DNA of 32,000 nucleotides from Pirellula staleyi DSM 6068 (GTDB taxonomy: Bacteria > Planctomycetota > Planctomycetia > Pirellulales > Pirellulaceae). The DNA lies in NCBI GenBank assembly GCA_000025185.1, contig CP001848.1, positions 3,330,001 to 3,362,000 on the forward strand, read 5' to 3'. The translations under genes were made by a program, and so were the position numbers. Positions 20,105 through 28,668 of the stretch are shown here, in pieces (position 1 is the first letter of the stretch; every line of letters begins with the position of its first letter). The notes beneath the pieces were generated by a model. The model had not been told where the DNA came from, did not search any database, and saw only the letters and a list, made by a program, of their open reading frames with translations.

Positions 20105-20329
20105 TTACTTTGCTGAGGATGCTGGCGAATCAAGGAGAAGTCGGTCGGCCTGCTGGAGCAGCGTGAGCGATGGTTTTGCTGCTGCTTGTTGCTGGGTGCT
20201 GGAATCGGCTGCCGTTGTCGTTCCACCACAGTGGGGGCAGGTGACATTCCGGCCCAGATACTGCACGCGAATTCGCAAATGACGCCCACAGGTGGGGCAT
20301 TCCTGGTAGAAGAATGTAGCCAGGTGCAT
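20105..20329 (-). CDS. Small zinc-ribbon protein (74 aa).
   Basis: Within track ORF 20105..20422 I prefer the ATG at 20329, which has GGAGGA 7 nt upstream. The sequence MHLATFFYQECPTCGRHLRIRVQYLGRNVTCPHCGG has two CPxCG knuckles, followed by a Gln/Ala-rich low-complexity tail. Confidence 0.6.
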   Translation of the reverse strand: MHLATFFYQECPTCGRHLRIRVQYLGRNVTCPHCGGTTTAADSSTQQQAAAKPSLTLLQQADRLLLDSPASSAK

Positions 20330-20377
20330 GCGAGATCCTCCGCGTGCTAGAAAAGCGTTATGTGAGAAGAGGGTCGC

Positions 20378-20406
20378 ATTGTAGCGATTGGTCGGATGCG
20401 GTGCAA
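20378..20406 (-). promoter_or_regulatory. Candidate sigma-70-type promoter for the zinc-ribbon gene.
   Basis: On the minus strand: TTGCAC (20406-20401), a 17-nt spacer, then TACAAT (20383-20378). This lies about 50 nt upstream of the ATG at 20329. Confidence 0.45.
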
Positions 20407-20756
20407 GAAAAGACGCCGTCAAGTTTCAGCGAAGGATTCGCTGTGGCACCTTAGTGCTTTCCATGGCTGCTTGCACCCCAGACAAGTCGCTACTCCATGC
20501 GATCGGGTTGGCCAGTTCTACGGCGAGGCAGGTGTTTGGGTTCGCCCCGTCAGTGGGGAATTCGACAGATACTCACACCAGCGCTTCGAAGTTGATAGCC
20601 GGATGGATTTTGCGACGCTTCTCTCACGCGGAAGTTTTCCCGGGCTATCGAAGATTTTGGCTGCTCGCGTCAGTGAAGTCAGCCAGGTTTTGCCAGTCGC
20701 AGCCGCTGATGCTTCAGAGATATTCAGCGGATCGTTTTTGCGGAGATTCGGCCGAG

Positions 20757-22076
20757 TTACTTGGGGTCGACCCGCAGTTTCACACGATACTCGCCTGGGA
20801 ACTGATAGCCTTCACCAGCGTAGTCTCCCTGCATCCCCACGGCCAGTTGCAAGAGCCCTGAAGATTTCGCTGTAAAGTTAAGCGAGCGACCAACTTTGAA
20901 CACGGTTCCCTTGTCCCCAATTTTGGCAACTAGGCAGCCGCCAGGAATTTGGTTGGGGATATACCAGCCGTAATTCGGTCCGCCGTCGGGGGTGCTCATC
21001 GAGTTGGTGCCCCACGGAGACATCACAATCGTTCCGTCGGCCTTGATCGAAATTTTATCGCCGGCCTGAACACGAATTCCGGTGCTCTTGAACGTACGCT
21101 GCGCCAGATTTTCGCCGGGAACGCTGAGGCTGCGTCGAAAAGATTCTTTCAATCCGCTGTCCCGTTCGCCACGTTTCACGTCGGCGAGCGACACTTTCAG
21201 GGGGCCGTATTTGCTGGCCAGTTCAAAATTTTGGGGAGAAACCTTGCCCGTGACGGTGAAATCCGTGGTTACAACGGTGTCGAGACGAATCCAAGGCTGG
21301 GCAGCTCCCTCGCCACCTTCGTCGAGATCTTCCGATTCCTCGGCCTGCTCTTCGATTTCTTTCAAAATCTCCCCGATGTGCCGCTTAATTTCAGCGTTGT
21401 CGCTTGCAACGAATCGCACGATTTCGTTTTGAACGCCGATTCCCATGGCCGAAAGCTCTTTGTGAGCTGCTTCGCGCGATTGGTAGTCGTCGCCACCCAG
21501 TTGCTCGACCAAGGTTTCGATTTTTTTGATCTGCTCGGGATAGCTATCCAGCCCAGGAGTAAAGCTGCGAATCTTGTTAATGGGCACTACGAGTTTGCCA
21601 AAAGTGGTTTCCACCGTAATTTCTTCGACGGATAGATCGCCGGTCAAAATGCTGCCGTCGAGCAAATGCAGCCGAACTTGGCGTGGAGGGACCTCTTTGA
21701 CAGGTGCCCGAGGAATATCGATTTCGGGTTCCTCTTTGTTTTCGGGCTTATCGGCCGGGGTTTCTGCGGCAGCTGGTTTCTTCTCGGCGGCGACATCGGC
21801 GGCGGCTTCATCGATTTCTACTGCGATGGCGCGTTCAGCTCGCGGCTCGCCGAGAATCTCCTGACCGCTCGACGAGGCCGTTGATTGGAAGAAAACGGCA
21901 AAACCGACGAGGGGGATCAACCACAAGTTTGAGCGGCATTTCACGGGAAAAATCTCCGAAACGAAGAGCGGTGACTCGGGCGATCGATGGCAGGCCATCA
22001 TGGCTGGCAAGATGACAAGGTCGCGCAAGCTGTGCGGTAAGACCTTATTGTCATCAGTCGCCGAGGCATTTTCCAC
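20757..22076 (-). CDS. Secreted or membrane-anchored protein with an acidic linker and a C-terminal PA-IL/LecA-like beta-sandwich domain.
   Basis: The 439-aa ORF is the maximal extent; the true start is probably internal, because the hydrophobic segment NLWLIPLVGFAVFFQSTASSSG follows MMACHR. The C-terminus (QAGDKISIKADGTIVMSPWG...PDGG...GGCLVAKIGDKGTVFKVG...GEYRVKLRV) resembles P. aeruginosa LecA (GDVITIVAAGWASYGP...CGALVMKIGNSGTIPV) as I recall it. Confidence 0.6.
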   Translation of the reverse strand: MENASATDDNKVLPHSLRDLVILPAMMACHRSPESPLFVSEIFPVKCRSNLWLIPLVGFAVFFQSTASSSGQEILGEPRAERAIAVEIDEAAADVAAEKKPAAAETPADKPENKEEPEIDIPRAPVKEVPPRQVRLHLLDGSILTGDLSVEEITVETTFGKLVVPINKIRSFTPGLDSYPEQIKKIETLVEQLGGDDYQSREAAHKELSAMGIGVQNEIVRFVASDNAEIKRHIGEILKEIEEQAEESEDLDEGGEGAAQPWIRLDTVVTTDFTVTGKVSPQNFELASKYGPLKVSLADVKRGERDSGLKESFRRSLSVPGENLAQRTFKSTGIRVQAGDKISIKADGTIVMSPWGTNSMSTPDGGPNYGWYIPNQIPGGCLVAKIGDKGTVFKVGRSLNFTAKSSGLLQLAVGMQGDYAGEGYQFPGEYRVKLRVDPK

Positions 22077-22152
22077 TCGGCAACGTAAAACTTCTCGTCA
22101 CAACGGTGTAACGTGCAAAAACGTTACAACTGGCCAAAAAAATGACCCGAAG

Positions 22153-23166
22153 TTAGTGGCTTAGATGCCAGCAGAGGTTCACACCAAGTGGTTCAGCGCT
22201 AAGCCGACACTGAGCTCGCGAAATTCCGCCCAATTCGCGAATGCGATCGAGATCCGATTCGTTTCGATAACGCAGGTACCAATTTCCAATCCATTCCATG
22301 TAGCCACGGGTGGGATTGGAGTGGCTGAACTGGAAAACGAGGGATTCGCCGCCGGGGGCGAGATGGGCGACGAAAGTGGCGAGCATCGCTGCCGCTTGTT
22401 GATCGTCGAAATAGTCGAAAAGTCCCGTGCAGTAGATGCGATTTGCGCCGGCGATTAGCGCCTGGTCGGTTGGTCGCTTGGGAAGTCGCAGTAAATTTGT
22501 CGCCGCGAGTTGCAGCTGCTGAGGCTGAACTAGTTCCAGAAGCGGGGTCCAGGCCGCTTCGATCGCGCGAGGATCGAGGTCGAGCAGCACCAGCGAAAGT
22601 TTCTCACGATCTTTTTCGGTCAGTTTTTGCAGGGCATCGAGCACATCGAGGGCACTTGCGCAGCCGATCACCACAATTTTTAGGTGATTGGCTCCGCTAC
22701 TTGCTGCAGCAACAATGTCGCTCGAAACCATGTGCATCCGATTTCGGACTGCTGCTGGGGCGGCTTGAGCTTGGAAAAACTTGTCGAACCAGCGTCCCAG
22801 GGGGTGAGGAGAATGGACTTCGCGAAAAATTTTCGCGAGCATCTCGAAATCGCCAGCATAGCCGCGTGGTTTTTCACGTGCGTGCCGCTGAAGATCCCCT
22901 ACTTCGAGCCATGTTCTGGCGATATTCCAGAGTCCAGCCGACGGACCCCGATTGGCTTCACCGACGAGCCCCGTTTGCTCGAGGGTTGCTAGGCAGCGCG
23001 ACATGGCTCGCTCGATTCCAGCGTAGGCAATTTCGCCATCGGACCACTGCGAACTTGCCGCTTCGAGAGGGGCCAGATCACTGAGCAGATTTTCGGCCGC
23101 CGTTATGATGAGACGCTCGATTTCGGCATCACGCGGCGCTGCTTCGATCGGAAAAAACGAGGTCAT
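22153..23166 (-). CDS. Class I SAM-dependent methyltransferase with an N-terminal helical domain carrying a GYAGD motif (PhcB-like subfamily, by recollection).
   Basis: Within track ORF 22153..23202 I prefer the ATG at 23166, which overlaps the upstream stop as ATGA. The methyltransferase-fold motifs are KIVVIGCASALDV (motif I), LVLLDLDPRAI (post-I acidic), IYCTGLFDYFDD and LAPGGESLVFQF. KPRGYAGDFEM precedes the fold. Confidence 0.7.
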   Translation of the reverse strand: MTSFFPIEAAPRDAEIERLIITAAENLLSDLAPLEAASSQWSDGEIAYAGIERAMSRCLATLEQTGLVGEANRGPSAGLWNIARTWLEVGDLQRHAREKPRGYAGDFEMLAKIFREVHSPHPLGRWFDKFFQAQAAPAAVRNRMHMVSSDIVAAASSGANHLKIVVIGCASALDVLDALQKLTEKDREKLSLVLLDLDPRAIEAAWTPLLELVQPQQLQLAATNLLRLPKRPTDQALIAGANRIYCTGLFDYFDDQQAAAMLATFVAHLAPGGESLVFQFSHSNPTRGYMEWIGNWYLRYRNESDLDRIRELGGISRAQCRLSAEPLGVNLCWHLSH

Positions 23167-24857
23167 ACCGCCGACCTCTCGCGCGAAACGAGTTCCGGCC
23201 AAATAGGCTCGCGGTACATTTGCTCGATTACAGCGGCATAGTGGTCGAGCATCGCCCCTCGGGCCAGGGTTCCTTTGGGAGTGATCCGATCTTGTGGATC
23301 TCGCCAGGGACCGGGCAGCAAATGCAATCGTCGCGGTACTTCGTGGGGCGAGCGGTCAGCAAGTGATTCGAGAACCAGGATCGCCATCAGTTCGCGAACA
23401 CGTGGATGGCTGCTCAACTGGTCGATGTCGAGTGATTCGCTAGTAGGTAGCAGGGATGAAAGCTGAGCGGTATCGACAACTAGTAGGGCGGCGAGCGAAG
23501 ACTTTCCGTCACCAACGAGCATGGCATGGCACAGCAGGGGATGCTCGCAAAGTCGCGCTTCGATAGTTGCAGGGAACACGTTTCTGCCACCGCTGGTCAA
23601 GAGCATCTCTTTTTTACGGCCAAGAATCGACAGGAAACCGTCGTTGTCGATAGTGCCGAAGTCGCCAGTCAGCAGCCAGCCATTCTGAATAGCTGCGGCA
23701 GTCGCGGTCGGATCGTTCCAGTAGCCCTGCATAACATGGTCGCCACGAACCAGGATCTCGCCATCGCTGGCGAGCCGAATCTCGGTGCCAGGCAGTGCTT
23801 GGCCGACGGTCTTCGGTTTGTGGGATGTGGTGGTGTTGAGCGAAACCACAGGCGCGGCTTCGGTCAGGCCGTAGCCTTCGAGCAAAGGCACACCGCGCGA
23901 GGCGTAGAACTGGGCCAGTTCTTCAGAGAGGGGAGCGCCGCCGCAGGTGCAGGCTCGGATTTCACCCCCCAGCACTTTGGGCAATATTCCCGGCAGTTTG
24001 GCGAGATTGTTCTGCTCGAGACCGGCAGCAATTCTTGCAAAAAGTCGAGGAACGCCGGTGATGTAAGTAGGACGAATTTGGGCCAGATCGGCCATCAATT
24101 GCGAGGGATCACTAATGATGGCCAGCTCGCCCCCCATCACGGTCCAGCAGAAAAAATCGGCAGTTCGCGCGAGCAAATGACTTAGCGGAAGTGCGACAAA
24201 ACGGCGACGGGCTGCTGCGGTTCCAAACGAGTTAACCAGAGCTTCGGCGGCAAAGCAGAGATTGCGATGCGAGAGCATCACGCCGCGCGGTTCGCAGCTT
24301 GTTCCCGAGGTAAACACAATCGTCGCCAGCGTTGCCGGATCAAGTTCGTCTGCGAGTTTCGAGAGATATTCCAGTGGATCAGCAAGATCGGATCGGCTGA
24401 GGATTTCGGCGAGCGGAAGAGCGGCCTCTGTGGGCGCGTCGTCAAAGGTAATGACCTCAGGCACTGGATTCGAATCGCCAGTTGCTGAAAGACTGGCGGC
24501 CATCGAAGCCTTGGAGACCAGCGCCAATCGAGGGGCCACTCGTCTTGAGAGCGATTGCAACTGCACGGCAGGTGAAGTGACATGCAGCGGAACACAAACA
24601 GCACCGATCGCTTGAATTGCCAGATCGGCGATCATCCACGGGAGCCCGTTTTCGCTCACCAGAAGCACACGGTCCCCCGGCTGGACTGCGCGGGATTTCA
24701 TCCAGCAAGCCAGTTTGGCGACTTGCTCGGCGAAGTGGGTGTAAGAGATTCGCTGCCAACTTCCGGCTTGTTTGTAATGCACTCCGTCCTCGTTTACAGC
24801 CGCGCGAGCCCGATCAACGAGGTGGTGTAAGAGTGTGGGAGCCGCCGAACAATTCAT
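23163..24857 (-). CDS. AMP-dependent synthetase/ligase (long-chain acyl-CoA synthetase-like, COG1022 type).
   Basis: Within track ORF 23163..25088 I prefer the ATG at 24857 (MNCSAAPTLLHHLV). The longer N-terminus would overlap the divergent gene's reading frame. The motifs are IVFTSGTSCEPRG (AMP-binding signature), EGYGLTEAAP, GWLLTGDFG and GRKKEMLLTSGGRNVFPATIE. Confidence 0.8.
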   Translation of the reverse strand: MNCSAAPTLLHHLVDRARAAVNEDGVHYKQAGSWQRISYTHFAEQVAKLACWMKSRAVQPGDRVLLVSENGLPWMIADLAIQAIGAVCVPLHVTSPAVQLQSLSRRVAPRLALVSKASMAASLSATGDSNPVPEVITFDDAPTEAALPLAEILSRSDLADPLEYLSKLADELDPATLATIVFTSGTSCEPRGVMLSHRNLCFAAEALVNSFGTAAARRRFVALPLSHLLARTADFFCWTVMGGELAIISDPSQLMADLAQIRPTYITGVPRLFARIAAGLEQNNLAKLPGILPKVLGGEIRACTCGGAPLSEELAQFYASRGVPLLEGYGLTEAAPVVSLNTTTSHKPKTVGQALPGTEIRLASDGEILVRGDHVMQGYWNDPTATAAAIQNGWLLTGDFGTIDNDGFLSILGRKKEMLLTSGGRNVFPATIEARLCEHPLLCHAMLVGDGKSSLAALLVVDTAQLSSLLPTSESLDIDQLSSHPRVRELMAILVLESLADRSPHEVPRRLHLLPGPWRDPQDRITPKGTLARGAMLDHYAAVIEQMYREPIWPELVSRERSAV

Positions 24858-24960
24858 CACATGCAACAGCCAAGAGACGAGGGTGGGAGACGAGCCATTC
24901 GGATCGGAGTATGATCGAATGCTCTCGCGGATCGTCCGGTGCGGATCGATTTCGCAGCTC

Positions 24961-24989
24961 TTCAGACGTTCCCGAATGCCTCCTATTAT
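24961..24989 (+). promoter_or_regulatory. Candidate promoter for the acyl-CoA dehydrogenase gene.
   Basis: TTCAGA (24961-24966), a 17-nt spacer, then TATTAT (24984-24989). This lies about 38 nt upstream of the ATG at 25027. Confidence 0.3.
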
Positions 24990-25026
24990 CGGGATTATTC
25001 GCTCGCTGGGCAGGTCCCTACATCGC

Positions 25027-26766
25027 ATGTCGCAGGCAACTTCGAGCTCGACTCCCCCCGAAATCCCCGCCCGCTCGCGCGGACTCACGAAGCTCGATTC
25101 CGCCCGCTACAAGCTCGAAGCAAGCCCCCTGTTTCAAGTGGCTTCTCAGGGGAATTTTCGGTCGCTAGTGCCTGCTGATCTGCATGCACCTCAGGAGGTC
25201 GATTCCGGCTGGAAAGCCGCCTTCGAGTCGATTGTCGAAACCCTGAGGCAATCGCGCGAAGCAAATTCCCTCTTGGGTCCTGATGGTCGTACTTCCATCG
25301 AACTGATTACAAAGCTGGGGACCCTCGGACTTTGGGGATGCTCGGCAGATCGCTCCGAGCTTGCAGAGTCGACCTCTGCCGCGCCAATTCCGCGGCGGGC
25401 GTGCCACTGGAGCGAGTTTTTCCCACTCCTCACGCGCCTGGCAACCATCGCCAAGCCAGTGGCCGGGCTCGCGTCGATTCACCACACGATTGGGACGCTC
25501 CGAGCGGTCGACAGTTTTGGGACGCCCGATCAGCGTCGCCGCTTTTTGCCTCGGCTCACGTCGGGCGAGACGCTTTCGGCGATGGCGATGACCGAACCGG
25601 CTGCAGGTAGCGACCTCTCCGCAATTCGCACCACAGCGGTCCGGCAGGGCGAATTCTTGGTGATTTCAGGAGAAAAGTGCTTCATTACCAGCTTGGCCCA
25701 TGGCCGAATCGCGACCCTCATCGCGCGCGAGTCCGACCGTTTGATTGCCGCCATCTTGCCAATTCCCGCTCACGATTCTGCTGAGCTTTCGCTTTCGACC
25801 TATGCACTTCATCCGCTCAAGCATTCCTATAACCAGGGGCTCTGGCTGCGAGAATTTCGCCTGCCACTCAAGGATGTATTGCCAACCGAAAATCGGAGTG
25901 GATTGTCGGTCGCCTACTACGGCCTCAACTATGGTCGCGTGGCGGTGTCATCGCTGGCCGCTGGCTACCTGAGGTCGCTGCTGGCCGACATGTTGCCCTG
26001 GTCGAGGCATCGCAAAACGTTCGGGCAAGCGATCGCGCTGCGTCCTTTGGTGAAGCATCGAATGGCGCGAGTTGCCTCGCTTCTAGTTGCTTGCGATGCC
26101 TTGGTCCAGTACTGCGGAGGGCTGCACGACTCCGAGTATCGCGTCGAGCTCGAAGCGATTGTGGCCAAGGTCTTTGCGACCGAAGCGGTGAAAGAAGCAG
26201 CGATCGATTTGGCACTCAAAACCCATGGTGGCCGAGCACTTCTGGTGGGGCATCCTGTCGGAGATTCGCTGCACGATTACCTGGCTTCGACGATTTACGA
26301 AGGGGAGGGGGATCTGCTTTGTCTCTCGCTCGGCCGCTCCCTCGCCGCTGCCATTTTGGTGCCTCGACTGGAGATTCCAAGCCCAGCAAATAGCGAGAAA
26401 AATCCCGAAGAAACTGGCGATCGATTGCTCGAAATCTGGCGGCGTGATTTCGTGAAGCTACTGGCAGCAGATCGAACTCCCTGGGAGGGCTCGCAGGTGC
26501 AACTGGTGCGTCTCGCTCGACGCTTCATGCAACTGACTGCAGCGCGGCTGACACTTCTCAAAGCTGCAAAATCCGAGTGCGAAATCACTCGTTTGGCCGG
26601 CGAACTGTTTGCCGAGACCCTGTTTGCCGCCGAGCTGCGCGAGACCGAATCTCGCGAGCTGATTGCCCGGAGCGAGCAGTTGGCAGACCTGATTGTTGCA
26701 ACAGGCTGGCATGCACTTCGCGATACACAGCCGGCCGCCATGATGTTCTCGTACGCTAATGCGTAG
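25027..26766 (+). CDS. Acyl-CoA dehydrogenase family protein with a roughly 150-aa C-terminal helical extension.
   Basis: Within track ORF 24835..26766 I prefer the ATG at 25027 (MSQATSSS); the alternatives are 24919 and 24976. The motifs are AMAMTEPAAGSDLSAIRTTA (ACAD signature 1 region), ISGEKCFITS, and TIYEGEGDLL, which retains the catalytic-base Glu position of the YEG motif. Confidence 0.75.
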   Translation: MSQATSSSTPPEIPARSRGLTKLDSARYKLEASPLFQVASQGNFRSLVPADLHAPQEVDSGWKAAFESIVETLRQSREANSLLGPDGRTSIELITKLGTLGLWGCSADRSELAESTSAAPIPRRACHWSEFFPLLTRLATIAKPVAGLASIHHTIGTLRAVDSFGTPDQRRRFLPRLTSGETLSAMAMTEPAAGSDLSAIRTTAVRQGEFLVISGEKCFITSLAHGRIATLIARESDRLIAAILPIPAHDSAELSLSTYALHPLKHSYNQGLWLREFRLPLKDVLPTENRSGLSVAYYGLNYGRVAVSSLAAGYLRSLLADMLPWSRHRKTFGQAIALRPLVKHRMARVASLLVACDALVQYCGGLHDSEYRVELEAIVAKVFATEAVKEAAIDLALKTHGGRALLVGHPVGDSLHDYLASTIYEGEGDLLCLSLGRSLAAAILVPRLEIPSPANSEKNPEETGDRLLEIWRRDFVKLLAADRTPWEGSQVQLVRLARRFMQLTAARLTLLKAAKSECEITRLAGELFAETLFAAELRETESRELIARSEQLADLIVATGWHALRDTQPAAMMFSYANA

Positions 26767-26902
26767 CGACATCCGCTTTCACCACCGAAAATTGCCTTGA
26801 CGGTCGAGCGAAAAAGGCAAAGAATACCGCAGAACTTCCAGCGTTCTGCAGTTCGCAATTCGCCGCACTTCAGTTTTCTAACTCCTCAAGGCAAAACGTC
26901 GC

Positions 26903-27646
26903 GTGGCCAGCTTCGCCGTGATCCTGCCAGCAGCCGGTAAAAGCAGTCGGTTCCGCGATCCGTTTTTCAAAAAACCATTTGCTCCGCTCGAAGGGCGAGC
27001 TGTCTGGGTGCATACCGCCGAGCGGTTTGTGCACCGCCCCGATGTGGTGCAAACGATCCTGGTGATCTCCCCCGAGGATCGCGAAGAATTCAGCGAGAAG
27101 TTTGGTGCCCACGCTGCTCTTCTGGGGGTGGAGCTGGTCGATGGAGGGAACGAGCGTGCCGACAGCGTCCTCCGAGCGATCGAAAAAGTGCGTCCAGAGG
27201 CCGACTATATTGCTGTCCACGATGCCGCGCGACCTTGCGTCACCGAGCGCGCGATCGACGAAGTCTTTGCTGCGGCCGTGAAAGTGGGAGCCGCAATCTT
27301 GGCCGCTCCCGTCACAGCCACGTTGAAGCGGAGCACTTCGGACCAGCGGATCGACGCCACCGTCTCGCGCGAAATGCTATTCGAAGCACAAACGCCTCAG
27401 GTTTTTCGCCGGGCTCTGCTCGAGCAGGCCTATGCTCGCCGCGATCCTCAGCTTCCTTCGACCGACGACGCCCAGCTAGTGGAAAGGCTCGGCCATCCGA
27501 TTAAGCTTGTTAGCGGCGCTTCGACGAACCTCAAAATCACGACCCAAGATGATCTGAGACTCGCCGCTGCCATTTTGAAGTCGGCCGGCAAAAGTCCCTC
27601 ATCGGTTGCTCCGCACCCATTTGCAGGAGACTCGCTCTGGCGGTAA
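26903..27646 (+). CDS. ispD: 2-C-methyl-D-erythritol 4-phosphate cytidylyltransferase.
   Basis: 247 aa with a GTG start. The motifs are AVILPAAGKSSRF (P-loop-like), VHDAARPCV, EAQTPQVFRR and TDDAQLVE..G..IKLV.G...NLKITT. Confidence 0.85.
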   Translation: MASFAVILPAAGKSSRFRDPFFKKPFAPLEGRAVWVHTAERFVHRPDVVQTILVISPEDREEFSEKFGAHAALLGVELVDGGNERADSVLRAIEKVRPEADYIAVHDAARPCVTERAIDEVFAAAVKVGAAILAAPVTATLKRSTSDQRIDATVSREMLFEAQTPQVFRRALLEQAYARRDPQLPSTDDAQLVERLGHPIKLVSGASTNLKITTQDDLRLAAAILKSAGKSPSSVAPHPFAGDSLWR

Positions 27647-27890
27647 CTTGCGGCAACACGGAAGAAGTTGAACAATTTGAGCAACTTTGGTAGTGCTGCT
27701 GGAGTTTATAGGTAAACTTTCCGAAGTCGTTAAGTGGCAGACAGAATCTGTGAAAGATACTTTTGCTTTACAGGATCAAGTTTGTTCTTAGGAACCACTC
27801 CCAAGTGGCAATTGATCGCCGCCACTTCCCCTAGAACATAAGTCGTTTCGATCTCTCCATTTTTCCGTTAACCCAACATACGGTGCTCAG

Positions 27891-28397
27891 GTGGTTGGCC
27901 GAGGCTATCACATCGCTCTTGATCGCGAAAATGCCAAACGAGTATTTGCCCAGAAGGACGACGAAAACCTTCGTCGCTTGCTGGACGAACTTAAATCGTC
28001 TCCCGAGGTGAAAAAAAGCGGGCGGCTGCTCGATTTGGGCACCACATGGGACCCGATTCATCGCTGTCTCACCGAAGGGGAACTCGATCCCACCGGTGGA
28101 GATTTTCCGCTGAACACGGCCATTCTCGGGGGCAAGAAATTGCACCAAGGGGATGACTACGCAGCGATGCTCATTCGCCCCGACATGAACATCTTCATCG
28201 CCGAAGCATTGGGCGAGGTCGATGAAATGGAGTTCCGCGCGAAGTTCTTCGCCCTGAACACCGAGTCGTTCAAGGGGCCGATTACCGACAAGGCATTCGT
28301 CGAAATCTGGTTGAATCTCCAAAAGCTCAAAGTCTTTTTTGAAGAATCGGCCGAGAATCTCGAAGCGGTGATTTTCACCGCCAGCTACCAGGGATAA
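27891..28397 (+). CDS. YfbM/DUF1877-like protein.
   Basis: 168 aa with a GTG start. LDLGTTWDPIHRCLTEG and LNTAILGGKKL parallel E. coli YfbM (LDIDKRWDFLHFGLTG, LSRAVLGEHSL) as I recall it, and the length is the same. The antisense ORF 27831..28322 is rejected. Confidence 0.5.
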   Translation: MVGRGYHIALDRENAKRVFAQKDDENLRRLLDELKSSPEVKKSGRLLDLGTTWDPIHRCLTEGELDPTGGDFPLNTAILGGKKLHQGDDYAAMLIRPDMNIFIAEALGEVDEMEFRAKFFALNTESFKGPITDKAFVEIWLNLQKLKVFFEESAENLEAVIFTASYQG

Positions 28398-28668
28398 CGC
28401 CGTTTTTCTCGTGGTTTTTGCACTGCTTGTCAGCTAGGACAGGTCCCCCTCGACCTGCATGGCCCGACGGGTAAATGCTTGACCCACTTCGGCAATCGTC
28501 CGACAATCACCGGTAGACCGACAAATCGAATCGTTCTCGCATTTCTTGGGACTGGGGTGTTTTAGCGACCGCAGTCCCATCGCTTGCTGAACTGCTTTGG
28601 CCGAGCCATCGGCCTTGACTGTTCGGCAGCGACTTCACCCACGATGGCTGGATATTTCGGCGCTCCGC

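Noticed and set aside
24835-25088. An apparent 254-nt head-to-head overlap of the maximal ligase ORF (to 25088, -) and the maximal dehydrogenase ORF (from 24835, +).
   Set aside because: Both N-terminal extensions lack homology-type features. Ligase family similarity begins near the internal ATG at 24857, and a promoter-like TTCAGA-17-TATTAT precedes the ATG at 25027. I therefore trimmed both genes, leaving a conventional 169-bp divergent intergenic region.
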